Of a DNA stretch of 64,000 nucleotides, positions 13,565 through 25,832 are shown piece after piece. Origin of the DNA: Mobula hypostoma. Its lineage: Eukaryota. A program made the position numbers and the translations under genes. Where the stretch lies: positions 87,050,001-87,114,000 of the forward strand of contig NC_086097.1 of NCBI RefSeq assembly GCF_963921235.1. The letters run 5' to 3'. How positions within the stretch are numbered: position 1 is the stretch's first letter; each line of letters starts with the position of its first letter. Below the pieces are notes generated by a model. That model was given only the letters and a program-made list of their open reading frames with translations, had not been told where the DNA came from and did not search any database.

Positions 13565-13602
13565 TAGTCCTGACGAAGGGTCTCAGCCTGAAACATCGAC
13601 TG
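13565..13602 (+). ncRNA. Minimal type I hammerhead motif (second tandem copy, GTC changed to ATC)
   Basis: tagtc-CTGACGA-agggtctcagcct-GAAAC-ATC^gactg. Confidence 0.65.
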
Positions 13603-15284
13603 TACCTCTTCCTAGAGATGCTGCCTGGCCTGCTGTGTTCACCAGCAACTTTGATGTGTGTTGCTTGAAATCCCAGCATCTGCAGAATTCCTGTTGTTTT
13701 TGAAGGATGAGAGGTGACCTGATAGAGGTGTATAAGAAGAGGTATTGATCATGTGGATAGTCAGAGGCCTTTTCTCAGGGTTGAAATGGCTGGCACAAGA
13801 AGGCATAGTTTTAAGGTTCTTGGAAGTAGGTACAGAGGAGATGTCAGGGTAAGTTTTTACGCAGAGGGTGGTGAGTGGGTGGAATGGGCTGCCGGCAGCG
13901 GAGGTGGATGTGGAAACGATAGGGTCTTTTAAAAGTCTCCTGGATAGTTACATGGGGCTTAGAAAAATAGAGGGCTATGGGTAAAGCCTAGGTAGTTCTA
14001 AGGTAAGGACATGTTCGGCACAGCTTTGTGGGCCGAAGCACCTGTATTGTGCTGTAGGTTTTCTATGTTTCTATAATTCAACATTCCACAGGCTCTCTCT
14101 CACCAACAAGGGGCAGAGAGGTGTCACCCGGGGGGGCGGGGCGGGGGGAATCCATATTACAGTCTGGTGCATCACTTTTATTTTGAGTTTCTCTGACTTG
14201 AGAATCGGCAGCAAACTCTTCCCCACCATTGGAAGAAAGAGAGAGAGTGAGAGCAATCATCGATCAACAGAGATCTCTCACAGCTGATCCACCATTTGCA
14301 ATGTTCTGTTTCTCTCATGATGCCTCAGTTGGCGACACTGGCATGGAATTGGCCCATCCACAGAGCTGCAGGGCATCACCCTGTCTGAATCCTTGGGATA
14401 TCAAAAAATAGCTGGTGATTGAGTCCGGGAGTAGGAACCACCACTGTCAAGAAACAGAGTTTGAGTGCAGATGTGGATCACAAACTCTGACAGAACACCA
14501 TCCACCTCGAAATGCTGTTTTTCTGTAGTATTAGCTTTCTGAAGTTATTATCCGAAATCTAAATTGGCTGTTCTCATTATCTTAATTGCCTAGAATCTAA
14601 TTTACTTTAAATAATTGTTACACATACATTGGCAATTCAGTCGTATGGCAGCAAAATTCTCAAGCGCAAGTTATAAAGTGGAACTTAAAGGAACTTTGCC
14701 TTGTTCTCAATGCCACTACTGAGACCATAAAGGAAAATAGTAGTTGTCTTGGAGCAGGGCCAGGTGTGAAAAGATTGTATGGAAAGGAAGTCCTGAAGAT
14801 TGAAGATTGGAAACATGATTAGAATCTAGAGGTGTGGTGTAGGAAGCCTGCATGGGGTCTGGGATGTGCACGGAGTGAGGTTCTGCACTTGATCAGGACT
14901 TAGAGGATCAAGAGTATTTAGATATCAGAATCCGTTGGGTGTGTGACTATTGGTGAGGTGGTTGTTGTGTGAAAAGTAGACAGGAATGTAGGCTGAAAGG
15001 TTTGGTCCTGAGAATCTGATAAAAATAAAGTGTACCATGAAGAGGATGAGGTCCATGCAGGGACAGTAATTAATTAATTAATTAACTTAATTAAAGGGGA
15101 TGCACCTGAATCAGGCCCCCAGCATTTGGCCAGGACCTGCTTGGGAAGGCCTCCTGTAAATACACTATCTTTGCATTCGTTAAATGACATTATTTCATTT
15201 TTCATTTCGCTTTCACTCTTTCGCACGATGGTGGGGGAGAGTTTGCTGCTGATTCTCGAGTCAGAGAAACTTTAAAAAGCAACA

Positions 15285-17203
15285 AAGTACCGTTAAGCGA
15301 GCAATAAAGAAAGGGAAGATAGATTATGAAAATAAACTAGGACAAAATATAAAAGTGGATAGTAGAAGTTTTTATAATTGTATAAAGCAGAAAAGGGTGA
15401 CAAAAGAGAACGTAGATCCCTTGGAGGACGAGAAGGGGGAATTGATATTGGGTAATGAAGAAATGGCCGAGGCTTTGAATGACTATTTTGGTTTTGGTCT
15501 TCATGGTGGAGGACACATCTAACATGCTAAAGAGAGATGTTATGGATACGATGGGAGGTGAGGACCCCAAAACAATAGCTATCACTAAAGAGGTAGTGCT
15601 GAGCTAACTTGTGGGCCTGAAGATAGACATGTCCCTGGTCCTGATGGAATGCATCCCAGGGTACTGAAAGAAATTGCAGAAGTTATAGAAGAAGCTTTGG
15701 AGTTGATTTATCAAAATCCTCTGGACTCGGGGCAGGTACTGGTGGATTGGAAGACAGTGAATGTCACGGCACTGTTCAAAAATGGATGTAGGCAAAAGGC
15801 AGATAACTATAGGCCAGTTAGTTGAATACCTGTAGTTGGGAAAATGCTTGAAGCTATCATTAAAGAAGAAATAGCGACGTATCTGGAAAGAAATGGATCC
15901 ATCAGGCAGATCCAGCATGGACTCAGTAAAGGAAGATCCTGTTTGACAAACTTACTGGAGTTCTTTGAGGATATAACGAGTGCAGTGGATAGAGGGGAAC
16001 AGGTGGATGCTACTTACTTGGATTTCCAGAAGGCATTCGATAAGGTGCCGCATAAAAGACTTACCATAAGGTAAGGATGCATAGAGTTGGGGGTGATGTA
16101 TTAACATGGATAGAGGATTGGTTATCTAATAGAAAGCAGAGTGTTGGGATACATGGGTGTTACTCTGGTTGGCAATCAGTGGTGAGTGGTGTGCCACAGG
16201 GATTGGCGCTGGGCCCGCAACTGTACACAGTATACATTGACGATCTGGATGAGGGGACCGAGTACAGTGTATCTAAGATTGTTGATGATACTAAATTGAG
16301 TGGAAAAACGAATTATGCAGAAGATACGGAGTGTCTGTAGGCAGATATAGATAGTGAGTGGACATGGGTCTGGCAGATGGCAGATGGAATACAATGTTGA
16401 TAAATGCGAGGTCATCCACTTTGGAAGGAAAATGAAAGAGCAAACTATTATTTAAAAATTGCAGCATGCTGCTGTGCAGAGGGTCTTGAGAGTGCTGGTG
16501 CATGAATCACAAAAGGTTGGTTTGCAGTTACAGCAGGCTATTAAAAAGGCAAATGGAATGTTGGTCTCCATTGCTAGAGGAATTGAATTTAAGAGCAGGG
16601 AGATTATGCTGCAACTGTGCAGGATACTGGTGAGGCCACATATGGAGTACGGCATGCAGTTTTGGTCTGCTTACTTGAGGAAGGATATACTGAATTTCGA
16701 GTTGGTGCAGAAGAGGTTCACCAGGTTGATTCCAGAGATGAAGTGGTTAGACTATGAGGAGAGGTTGAGTCGCCTGGGGCTGTACTTTCTGGAATTCAGA
16801 AGAATGAGAGGAGATCTTAAAGAAACAAATAAAATTATGAAAAGGATATTCAAGATAGAGGCAGGAAAGTTGCTTCCACTGATAGGTGAGAATGAAATAG
16901 GAGACATAGCCTCAAAAATCGGTGGAGTAGATTAAGGACGAGATCAGGAGGAACTACTTTTCCCAGAGAGTGGAGAACCTGTGGAATTCTCTGCACAGTG
17001 AAGCAGTAGATGCTACCTTGGTAAATATAGGTTGTGATAGATATTTGTATGGTAGGGGAAGTAAGGGTTATGGGGAAAGGGCAGGTAGGTGGAGATGAGT
17101 CCATGGTCAGATCAGCCATGATCTTATTGATTAGTGGAGCAGGCCAGATGGCCAGTACGGGCCAGATGGCCTACTCCTGCTCCTATTTCTTGTGTTCATA
17201 TGT
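15285..17203 (+). mobile_element. CR1 LINE, 5'-truncated, different subfamily
   Basis: ORF fragments GRSCLTNLLEFFE, YLDFQKAFDKVPH, SGVPQG and IVDDTK, followed by a CR1 3' UTR. Confidence 0.9.
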
Positions 17204-17229
17204 TCAGTTCCAAACTGCTAAAAAATGTA

Positions 17230-17325
17230 ACAATAAACACAACACACAGGAGGAACTCAGCTATTCAGCCAGCAACTATAGAGAATTAAAAAGTTGACGT
17301 TTCCGGCCAAGACCCTTCATCAGGA
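17230..17325 (-). mobile_element. PLE terminal repeat fragment with hammerhead core (17293-17324)
   Basis: Reverse complement reads c-CTGATGA-agggtcttggccg-GAAAC-GTC-aact. Confidence 0.65.
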
Positions 17326-18294
17326 AAATATATTTCTGCATTCAATTGTTCTAAATACAGGCAGAGTTAATTCCTGAATTTGATTTGGTAATCTTAATGA
17401 GCATATGAAGAAAACATATCCACAAAGCTGTTAGGTAAAAAGAGAGGGAATTTGGGGAAAATGAAGGTGTAGGAACAGCATCCTATCTACAAGTAAATGA
17501 AGCATGTAATACAGAGGAACTCCTTTCTGATCACTGACTGGGAAAAAGCATTTGAATTTGTATTGAATGAGGTTTCCTCTTCGACCTGATATATGGTATA
17601 AGTTACAACTTAAGCATTGGTTGCTTGAGAACAAAACTATATGGCCTTAGTTCACTATGGAATTTTACTCAGGAAGGTGGAGACATATTTATTGTCCAAT
17701 AAGTTGATGATTAAATTCAAAAATTGTCCCAATAGTTAACAAATTTCACGTCACATGCTGGTGATAATAAACCTGATTCTGATTCTGAACAGCTTCAAAT
17801 GTTTAAATACATAAAATATGCTCTTTTATAAATACCAGAATTTGGAGTACATCTATTTTGTAATTGTGTCTTGGGAAAGAATTTTAGACTCTGATCTCAT
17901 TGAGTTTTAACCATTGAGAAAGTAACTGTGCTATTGTAAACTTTATATTTTGACATGCAGGAAGCAAAAGTAACAATAACAAGAGAGAAAGGATTTCAAC
18001 AAGGAGACGGGGAAGAACGTCAATACAAGGAGAGGTAGAGAAAGAAAAGGGAGCTGACAATCAAATAAATTGGCTTAAGTCTATGAAATGCATTTTCTTG
18101 AACCTTTCTGGTTGTTGATCTTTAGATATATATGATGTCAAAATCCAACATATTACTACAATAATTTCACGTACATCACTTCTTTTTGTAAGACACCCAA
18201 ATGCACATCACCGGGCTTCAATTAAAGAAAATCTGGAAATGAAAACTAAAGGAATGACATAGGGAAATGACAACAAATCCAGTGAAAGAGATAA

Positions 18295-18655
18295 AATATA
18301 CAAGTTCACTGATGACAATACTATTGTTAGACAAATCACCGGTGATGGTAAGTTGGTGTACAAGAGTGAGATAGGATTCCTGATTAAGTGGTGCCACAGC
18401 AACAACCTCAGCGTCAGTAACACCTCAACCTAAGGAAAGAGAAGACAGGTGTAAATATGCCAGTCTACGTTGGTGGATCAGCAGCAGAGAGGATGAGCAG
18501 CTTTAACTTCCTGGGTATTAACATAACAGATGGCCAAACATCAAAAATCCCACCATCTGGACCATGCCATGTTCTCAGAACTACTATCAGGCAGGAGGTA
18601 CAGAATCCTGAAGTCCCACAACACCAGGTTCAAGAACAGCTATTTCACTTCAACC
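18295..18655 (+). mobile_element. Rex1/Babar-type LINE 3' fragment
   Basis: KFTDDNTIV (degenerate RT motif), SFNFLGINIT and SGRRYRILKSHNTRFKNSYF. Confidence 0.7.
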
Positions 18656-19174
18656 TCCGCTGCCGCAGCAAATTTTTTCATTGCTCCTGTATGCGTGCAT
18701 ATAATGATACACCAAAATTTCAACCTTTGACTTTTGCTTTGAGAAGTCTTAAAGGAGAAAAGAGAGGTGGAGAGATGTCAATGTTTAGGGGGTGAATTCT
18801 AGAACTTAAAATGCTAACCATTGAAAATACAACATCTTTTGATGCATTGATTAAAATGGTGCATAAGCAAAAGGTCAAAATTGGAAGACTTTGGTTTCCT
18901 TGGAGAATTTCATGGATTCAAGAGGGTACAGAGATTGGGAGAGGTAAGTGGTGGAGAGAGTTATATGACAGCTTATTATGGGAAGCTATGGCAAGTCAGT
19001 AACCACAGGAATGATGCGTGGATGAGTGTTCGAATGGTTGTTTGGATAAGGACAGTGGACATCTGGGTGAACTGATGTTTTTAAACAATTTGAGAAAGCA
19101 ACAGCATTGATGAGATTTTCAGTAAAGAAAAGACGGCAGTTGGATCGCAGTATGGAGCCTAAAAGCACAGACAT

Positions 19175-21925
19175 GGAATATAGAACACTATAGCACAGTA
19201 CAAGCCCTTCAGCCCATGATGTTGTGCCAACTTTATAACCTACTCTGAGGCCAATCTAACTTTTTCCTCCTACATAGCCCTCCTTTTCCCATCATCCTAT
19301 CTAAGAGTTTCTTAAACATCACCAATGTATCTGAATCTACTACCACCCCTGCAGGGTGTTCGACACACCGTTGCTCTCTTTGTAAAAAAAATTACTTCTT
19401 TCATCCCCCCCATATTTTCCTCCAATCATCTTATGCACCCTCGTATTAGCCATTTCCACTCTGAGAAAAAGACTCTGGCTAGCCACTTAATCTATTCCTC
19501 TTATCATCTTGTATGCTTTTATCAAGTCACCTCTCCTCCTCCTTTGTTCCAAAGAGAAAAGCCTCATCTCAATTTATCCTCATAAGACATGCTCTCTAAT
19601 CCAGGCAGCATCCTGGTAAATCTTCTCTCCACCCTCTCTAAAGCTTCCACATCCATACTGCAATAAGGCAACCAGAACTGAACAGTATTCAAAGTATGGT
19701 CTAACCAGAGTTTTATAGATCTGGAACACTATCTCACAGCTCTTGAACTCAGTTCATGACTAATGAATATGCCTTTTCAACAACCCTGTCAACTTGTTTG
19801 ACAAATTTGAGAGATTTATGTACTTGGACCCCAAGGTTCCTCTGTTCCTCAATATTGCTAAGCATCCTGCCACTTCCCCTGTATTCTGCCTTCAAAATCA
19901 ACCTTCCAAAGTGAATCACTTCACACATTTCTGGGTTCATCTCTATCTGCCAATTTGCAGTTCAGCCTTGCATTCTATCAATGGTCCATTGTAACCTATA
20001 ACAAGATTCTACAGTATCCACAACTCAACCAACTTTTGTGTCATCTGTAAACTTACTAACCGACCCTGCCACTTCTTCATCCAAGTCATTTATAAAACTC
20101 ACAAAGAGCAGAGGTCCCAGAACAGATCTGTGCAGAACAATATTGGTCACAGGCCTCCAGGCAGAAAATGCTGCATCTACAACCACATGTGACTAATACA
20201 TTGATGGAGGAAGAGCAGTAGATGTAGTGTCTATGGATTTCAGCAAGGCATTTGATAAGGTACCCCATGCAAGACTTATTGAGAAAGTAGGAAGGCATGA
20301 GATCCAAGGGGACATTGCTTTGTGGATCTAGAATTGGCTTGCCCACAGAAGGCAAAGAGTGGTTGTAGACATGTCATATTCTGTATGGAGGTCGGTGACC
20401 AGTCGTGTGCCTCGGGGATCTGTTCTGGGACCCCCTACTCTTTGTGATTTTTATAAATGACCTGGTTGAGGAAGTGGAGGGATGCGTTAGTAAATTTGCC
20501 TGTGACAGAAAGGTTGGGGGTGTTGTGGATAGTGTGGATGGCTGTCAGAGGTTACAGCGGGACATTGATAGAATGAAAAACTGGGCTGAGAAGTGGCAGA
20601 TGGAGTTCAACCCAGATAAGTGTGAGGAGGTTCATTTTGGTAGGTGAAATATGATGGCAGAATATAGTATTAATGGCAAGACTCTTGGCAGTGTGGAGGA
20701 TCAGAGGGATCTTGGGGTCCAAGTCCATAGGACACTCAAAGCTGTTGCTCAGATTGACTCTGTGGTTAAGAAGGCATGCAGTGCACTGGCCTTCATCAAT
20801 CATGGAATTGAGTTTAGGAGCCGAGGGGTAATGTTGCAGCTATATAGGACCCTGGTCAGACCCCATTTGGAGTACTGTGCTCAATTCTGGTCGCCTCACA
20901 ACAAGAAAGATGTTGAAACCATGGAAAGAGTGCAAAGGAGATTTACAAGGATGTTGCCTGGATTGTGGAGTATGCCTTAAGAGTATATGTTGAGTGTACT
21001 TGGCCTTTTCTCCTTGGAGCGATGGAGGATGAGAGGTGACCTGACAGAGGTGTATAAGATGATGAGAGGCATTAATTATGTGGATAGTCAGAGGCTTTTT
21101 CCCAGGGCTGAAATGGCTAGCATGAGAGGGCACAGTTTTAAGGTGCTTGGAAGTAGGTACAGAGGAGATGTCAGGGGTAAGTTTTTTACGCAGAGAGTAG
21201 TCAGTTGGCTGCCGGTGACAGTGGTGGAGACAGAAACAATAAGTTCTTTTACGAGACTCCTGGGTAGGTGCATGGACCTTAGAAAAATAGAGGGCTATGG
21301 GTAACCCTAGGTAATTTCTAAGGTAAGGAAATGTTCCACACAGCTTTGTGGGCTGAAGGGCCTGTACTGTGCTGTAGGTTTTCTATGTTTCTATGCTAAC
21401 CATCCTGTTCCTTCTATGGTCTAGTTAATTCTGAATCCACACAGCCAAGTTTCTCTGAATCCTTTGTGTCCTGACTTTCTGAATGAACCTACCATGGGGA
21501 ACCTTATCAGGCACCTTACTAAAATCTATCCACACCACATCGGCTGCTCTATCTTAATCAATGTGCTTTGTCACATCATCAAAGAATTGAATCAGGTTTG
21601 TGAGGCAAGTCCTGCCCTTCACAAAGTCATTGCTGACTATTCCTAACTGGACTATGTATCTGCAAATGCTTGTAAGTTCTATCTCTATGAATCCTCTCCA
21701 ATAACTTGGCCACCACTGAAGTTGAATATACTGGCCTATAATTCCCAGGGTTATCTCCATTCCTTTTCTGAAAAAGTAAATTACATTTACCACCCTCCAA
21801 TCATTTTGTACTACTCCTGTGACCAGTGAGGATGCAAAGATCACCATCAAAAGCACAACAATCTCTTTCCTCACTTCCTGTAGTAACCTTGGAGATAGGC
21901 CTCTGGCCCCAGGGATTAATATATC
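19175..21925 (-). mobile_element. CR1 LINE on the minus strand, split by an oppositely oriented CR1
   Basis: Minus-strand ORF fragments NPEMCEVIHFGR (19749-19940) and GRTCLTNLIQFFDDVT (21554-21874) flank the insert and are collinear. Confidence 0.85.
20187..21395 (+). mobile_element. 5'-truncated CR1 (same family as 10255 and 41352) nested in the minus-strand CR1
   Basis: Closely similar to 11972-14073; ends TTCTATGTTTCTATG. Confidence 0.88.
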
Positions 21926-21994
21926 CTGCTTTTTTGCAAAAGTTTCATCTCCTCATCTTTTCTTCCTAACATTGCGCGTCCACTCCAAAATGAT

Positions 21995-22626
21995 ATCGTA
22001 TGTGTTAGCTCGGGGCCATGCACAATCCTGATTTGATGGAGACGGATGTGAGAAGCACGGAGGAACACCTGGAGAAACTTCTGAAATGCCCGCTTCGCTG
22101 CCGCTGCTACTGTGCGATCGAAAATCTCCGGAGGGGAAGGCCCCAAATCCTCGGCTTTGCCTGTTGCCTGTTGCCTGTTTCCAGGACCGGGGTCGAAGCG
22201 CTCGGCAGAGATGGTGCTTGGTGCTCAGTGTCGGAGGGCTGGTCGGAGGCTCGGAGTTTTCGGACGGACTCAAAAGTCGGCTGAGGTCGGGTGCTTCCAG
22301 TATGCTTCATTGGCAAGTTTGCAGTGCTGGAAGCTTATGGCAGGAAAAGTTTTTTCTTCCTTCTACCATCTGCGTGAGATGATGGGACTTTTGAGAGACT
22401 TTGAGACTTTGTTTACTGTGCCCATGGTCTGTTCTTCATCAAATTACAGTATTGCTTTACACTGTTGTAACTATATGTTATAATTATGTGGGTTTTGTCA
22501 GTTTTCAGTCGGTTTGTCTTGTGTTTCTGTGATATCATTCTGGAGAACCATTGTATCATTTCTTAATACATGCATTACTAAATGACAATAAAAGAGGACT
22601 GCATGTCCTCATAACCTAATCTAATC
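21995..22626 (+). mobile_element. Unclassified non-LTR-type repeat with a (TAATC)n-like tail
   Basis: Second copy at about 58180-58718; both end AATAAAAGAGGACTGC..CTCATAA.CTAATCTAA. Confidence 0.7.
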
Positions 22627-22764
22627 TTCTTTCTTGATGTTGAAAGAACATTCTCTTTCTTCACAGATATTTGGTTTGAAGTTTATCCTTCGGATAAATA
22701 CATCAGATATCGAAGTTGTATGCCAACAAATTCAGCTTTACGTTTAGAGGTTAACTGACTTATT

Positions 22765-23057
22765 CATTTAGTGATACAGCACAGAATAGGCCCTTCTGGC
22801 CATTGGAGCATCCCAGCAACCCCCGACAAACCCAATTAACCCAAACCTCATCACAGAACAATTTACAGTGACCAATTAACTACCCGGTTCACCTTTGGAC
22901 TGTGAGAGGAAACTAGAACACCCGAGGAAAATTCATGATGGATTCCATGGGGAGGATGCACAAACTTCTTACAAAACAGCTCCGGAATTGAACTCTGAAC
23001 TGCAAACTCTGGAACGCCCCAAACTGTATTAGTGTCACGCTAACCACTACGTTACCA
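22765..23057 (-). mobile_element. V-domain (HE1-like) tRNA-derived SINE
   Basis: CTTTGGACTGTGAGAGGAAACTAGAACACCCGAGGAAA resembles the V-SINE core; tRNA-like head GGTAACGTAGTGGTTAGCG on the minus strand. Confidence 0.65.
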
Positions 23058-23261
23058 AGGTAAGTCATTAAATTGTTCTCCAAATACATTTCTAAACACA
23101 AATAAATCCTACAGGATAACCAAAAATGAGAACAACTTAGGAAATAAAAGAAGCATTTTGCACCAATTGTCTGATCACTCTGCATTTGTTGGGCTGAGAC
23201 TATAAGCATTAACTCTTCATTCTGTCATTAATAATCCCCCGGTAAACTGACTCACAGGTGA

Positions 23262-24812
23262 CTCAGATCACTGGAAAGTGAAGCTGGAGAGGTTATAATG
23301 GGGAACAAAGAAATGGTAGGTGAACTTAATAAACATTTTGCATCTGTCTTCACTGTGGAAGAAACCAATACCATAACAGAAATTCAGGAGTGACGGGGGG
23401 TAAATACAGTCACTATTACTACTAAGGAGAAAGTGCTTGGGAAGCTGAAAAATCTGAAGGCAGACGTCACCTGGACTAGATGGGCTACACCCCAATGTTC
23501 TGAATGGGGTAGCAGAAGAGATTGTGGAGGTATTAGGGATTTTTCAGGAATCACTAGATTCTACTACTTCTTTCTTTAATAATGGAGGGAGGCAAACGAC
23601 AGGAAATAATAGGCTTGTTAGCCTTACTTCAATAGTTGGCAAGAAGTTAGAGTCCATTATTAAGAATGAGGTTTTGGGGTGCTTGAAACACACTATAAAA
23701 TAGCCCATAGTCAGCATGATTTCACTTAGAGACAATCTTGCCTGACAAATCTGTTGGAATGTATTGAGGAAATAACAGGTAGGATAGACAAAGGAGAGTC
23801 AGTGGATGTTGTTTACCTGGATTTTCAAAAGGCCTGAATTCTCTGAGGAAATAACAATTATACAAAGGAGAGTCAGTAGATGATGTTAGCTAGGATTTTC
23901 AGAAAGCCTTTGACAAGGTGCTGCACATGGGGCTGCTAAACAAAATATGAGCCCATGGTATTACAGGAAAGATACTAGTATGGCCAGAAGATTGTTGCCT
24001 GACAGAAGGCAAAATGTGGAAATAAAATGGATGTTTTCTAGTTGGCTGCTGTTGACTGATGGTGTTTCGCAGGGTTTGGTGTTGGGTCCACTACTTTTCT
24101 CGACTATCAGGATGATGGAATTGATAGTTTTGTGGCCATGGTTAGAGATGATACAAAGGTAGGTTGAGGGACATGTAGTATTGAGGAAGCAGGGACTTTT
24201 CAGAAGGAATTGGACAGATTAGGATACTGAACAAAGAGTAGGAGAACAAGAAGATAAAAGTAATGATGTAATGCTGAGGATTTGTAAGGCATTTGTCAGA
24301 CAACATTTGGAGTATTGTGAGCAGTTCTGGACTCATTATCTCAGAAATAATGTGCTAGCATTAGAGACAATCCAAGGAGGATTACGAGAATTATCCCAAG
24401 ATAAAAGGTTTCATGTATCGAGTACATTTGATAGTTACCGGCCTATACTTGCTGGAGTTTAAAAGAATGAAGGGGTTCTCATTAAAACCTACAGAATACT
24501 GAAAGATAGAGTGTATGTGGAGAGAATATTTCCAATAGTAGGAGATTCTAGGATGTCAGAATAAAAGGACGGCCCTTTAGAACAAAGGTGAGGGGGAATT
24601 TCTTTAGCCAGAGTATGGTGACAGACAGCTATGGAGGCCAACTCACTGTGTGTATTTAAAGCAGAGGTTAATTGGTTCATAATTCATAAGGGTACCAACA
24701 ATTACAGGGAGAAATTAGAACAAAGGGGTTGAGAGGGAAAATAAATTAACCATGATGGGAAGGCAGAGTAAGCTTAATGGGCTGATTCTTTTCATACGGT
24801 GTTATGGTCTTA
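23262..24812 (+). mobile_element. Degenerate CR1 LINE with a short internal duplication (about 23766-23835 and 23846-23910)
   Basis: LDFQKAFDKV- and GVSQGLVLGPLLF-like segments; TTATGGTCTTA tail. Confidence 0.8.
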
Positions 24813-25832
24813 ATAATAATTAACAATTGTGTTCTTTCATTTTCCTCTATTTCTCACTCTTCATTTCCTTTATTTCATTCATTACACTGTTTAAATTAAA
24901 CCATGTAATATTCTTAGAACATGTAATCTTATGAAAACTGTCTATCATTTTTCAAAGCACTAATCCATTCAAATTAAAAATTCTGTTAATACTGCAAACA
25001 AAAGATTTTACATAAACCCATCTATTCACTATCAACATCACACAGTGCGACATCTTCTATCTCTCTACTTGTCAACAGTTATTTCTAATCCCGTTTCTCT
25101 TTGTGAGTCTCGCAGATGTATTTTCGTTCTTGCCCATGTTTTGAATCTTCTGGGTTTTCAAGAATCCCATCTGTGTCAATTTGTATAGCATCTATTTCAG
25201 AATCAGAATCAGGTTTAATATCACCGGCATATGTTGTGAAATTTGTTGTTATGCAGCAGCAGTACAATGTAATATATAATAATAAAAGACTGTAATTTAC
25301 AGTAAGTGTATATATATATATATATATTAAGAAATTAAATTGAATAAATAGGAAAAAAAAGTAGTGAGGTAGTGTTCATGGTTTCAATGTCATTTCAGAA
25401 ATCTGTTGGCAAAGGGGAAAAAGCTATTCCTGAATCATTCAGTGTGCCTTCAGGCTCCTATACCTCCTCCCTGATGGTTTCAATGAGAAGAGGACATGTC
25501 CTGGATGATAAGGGTCATTAATGATGCATGCCACTTTTTTGAGGCATCACTCCTTCAAGACAGCCTGGATGCTGGGGAGGCTGGTGCCTACAATGGAGCA
25601 GAGTGACTTCACAACTTTCTGTAGCTTATTTTGATCCTGTGCAGTGCCCCCCATACCAGATGGTGATGCAGCCAGTTAGAATAGTCTCCACAGTACATCT
25701 GTAGAAATTTTCAAGTGTCTTTGATGACACTCAGATACTTGAAATTGCTCACCTTCTCCATTACTGATTCCACGATGAGGACTGGTGTGTGTGCCCTCGT
25801 CTTATCCTTTCTGAAACCTACAATCAATTCTT

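Larger units (their letters stand above)
12797..13700 (+). mobile_element. Internally deleted Penelope-like element with two direct terminal repeats, inserted in CR1
   Basis: Repeat about 12797-13072 recurs at about 13405-13700. Between them the PLE ORF N-terminus is fused to the ORF's last codon. The host CR1 resumes at about 13701 with roughly 10 bp missing. Confidence 0.85.
10255..14073 (+). mobile_element. CR1 LINE, near-complete ORF2 (APE endonuclease plus RT), frameshifted and interrupted by a PLE
   Basis: ORF fragments [34 protein letters not shown] and SKFADDTK; TTTCTATGTTTCTAT tail at about 14060-14073. Confidence 0.92.

Noticed and set aside
13152..13703. ORFs such as ..[25 protein letters not shown].. 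recurring at 12763, 13257, 35369 and 39176
   Set aside because: They are translations of the non-coding PLE terminal repeat and hammerhead; recurrence reflects repeat copies, not a gene family.
25308..25327. (TA)n run, and the (TAAT)n run at about 15067-15094
   Set aside because: Ordinary microsatellites.
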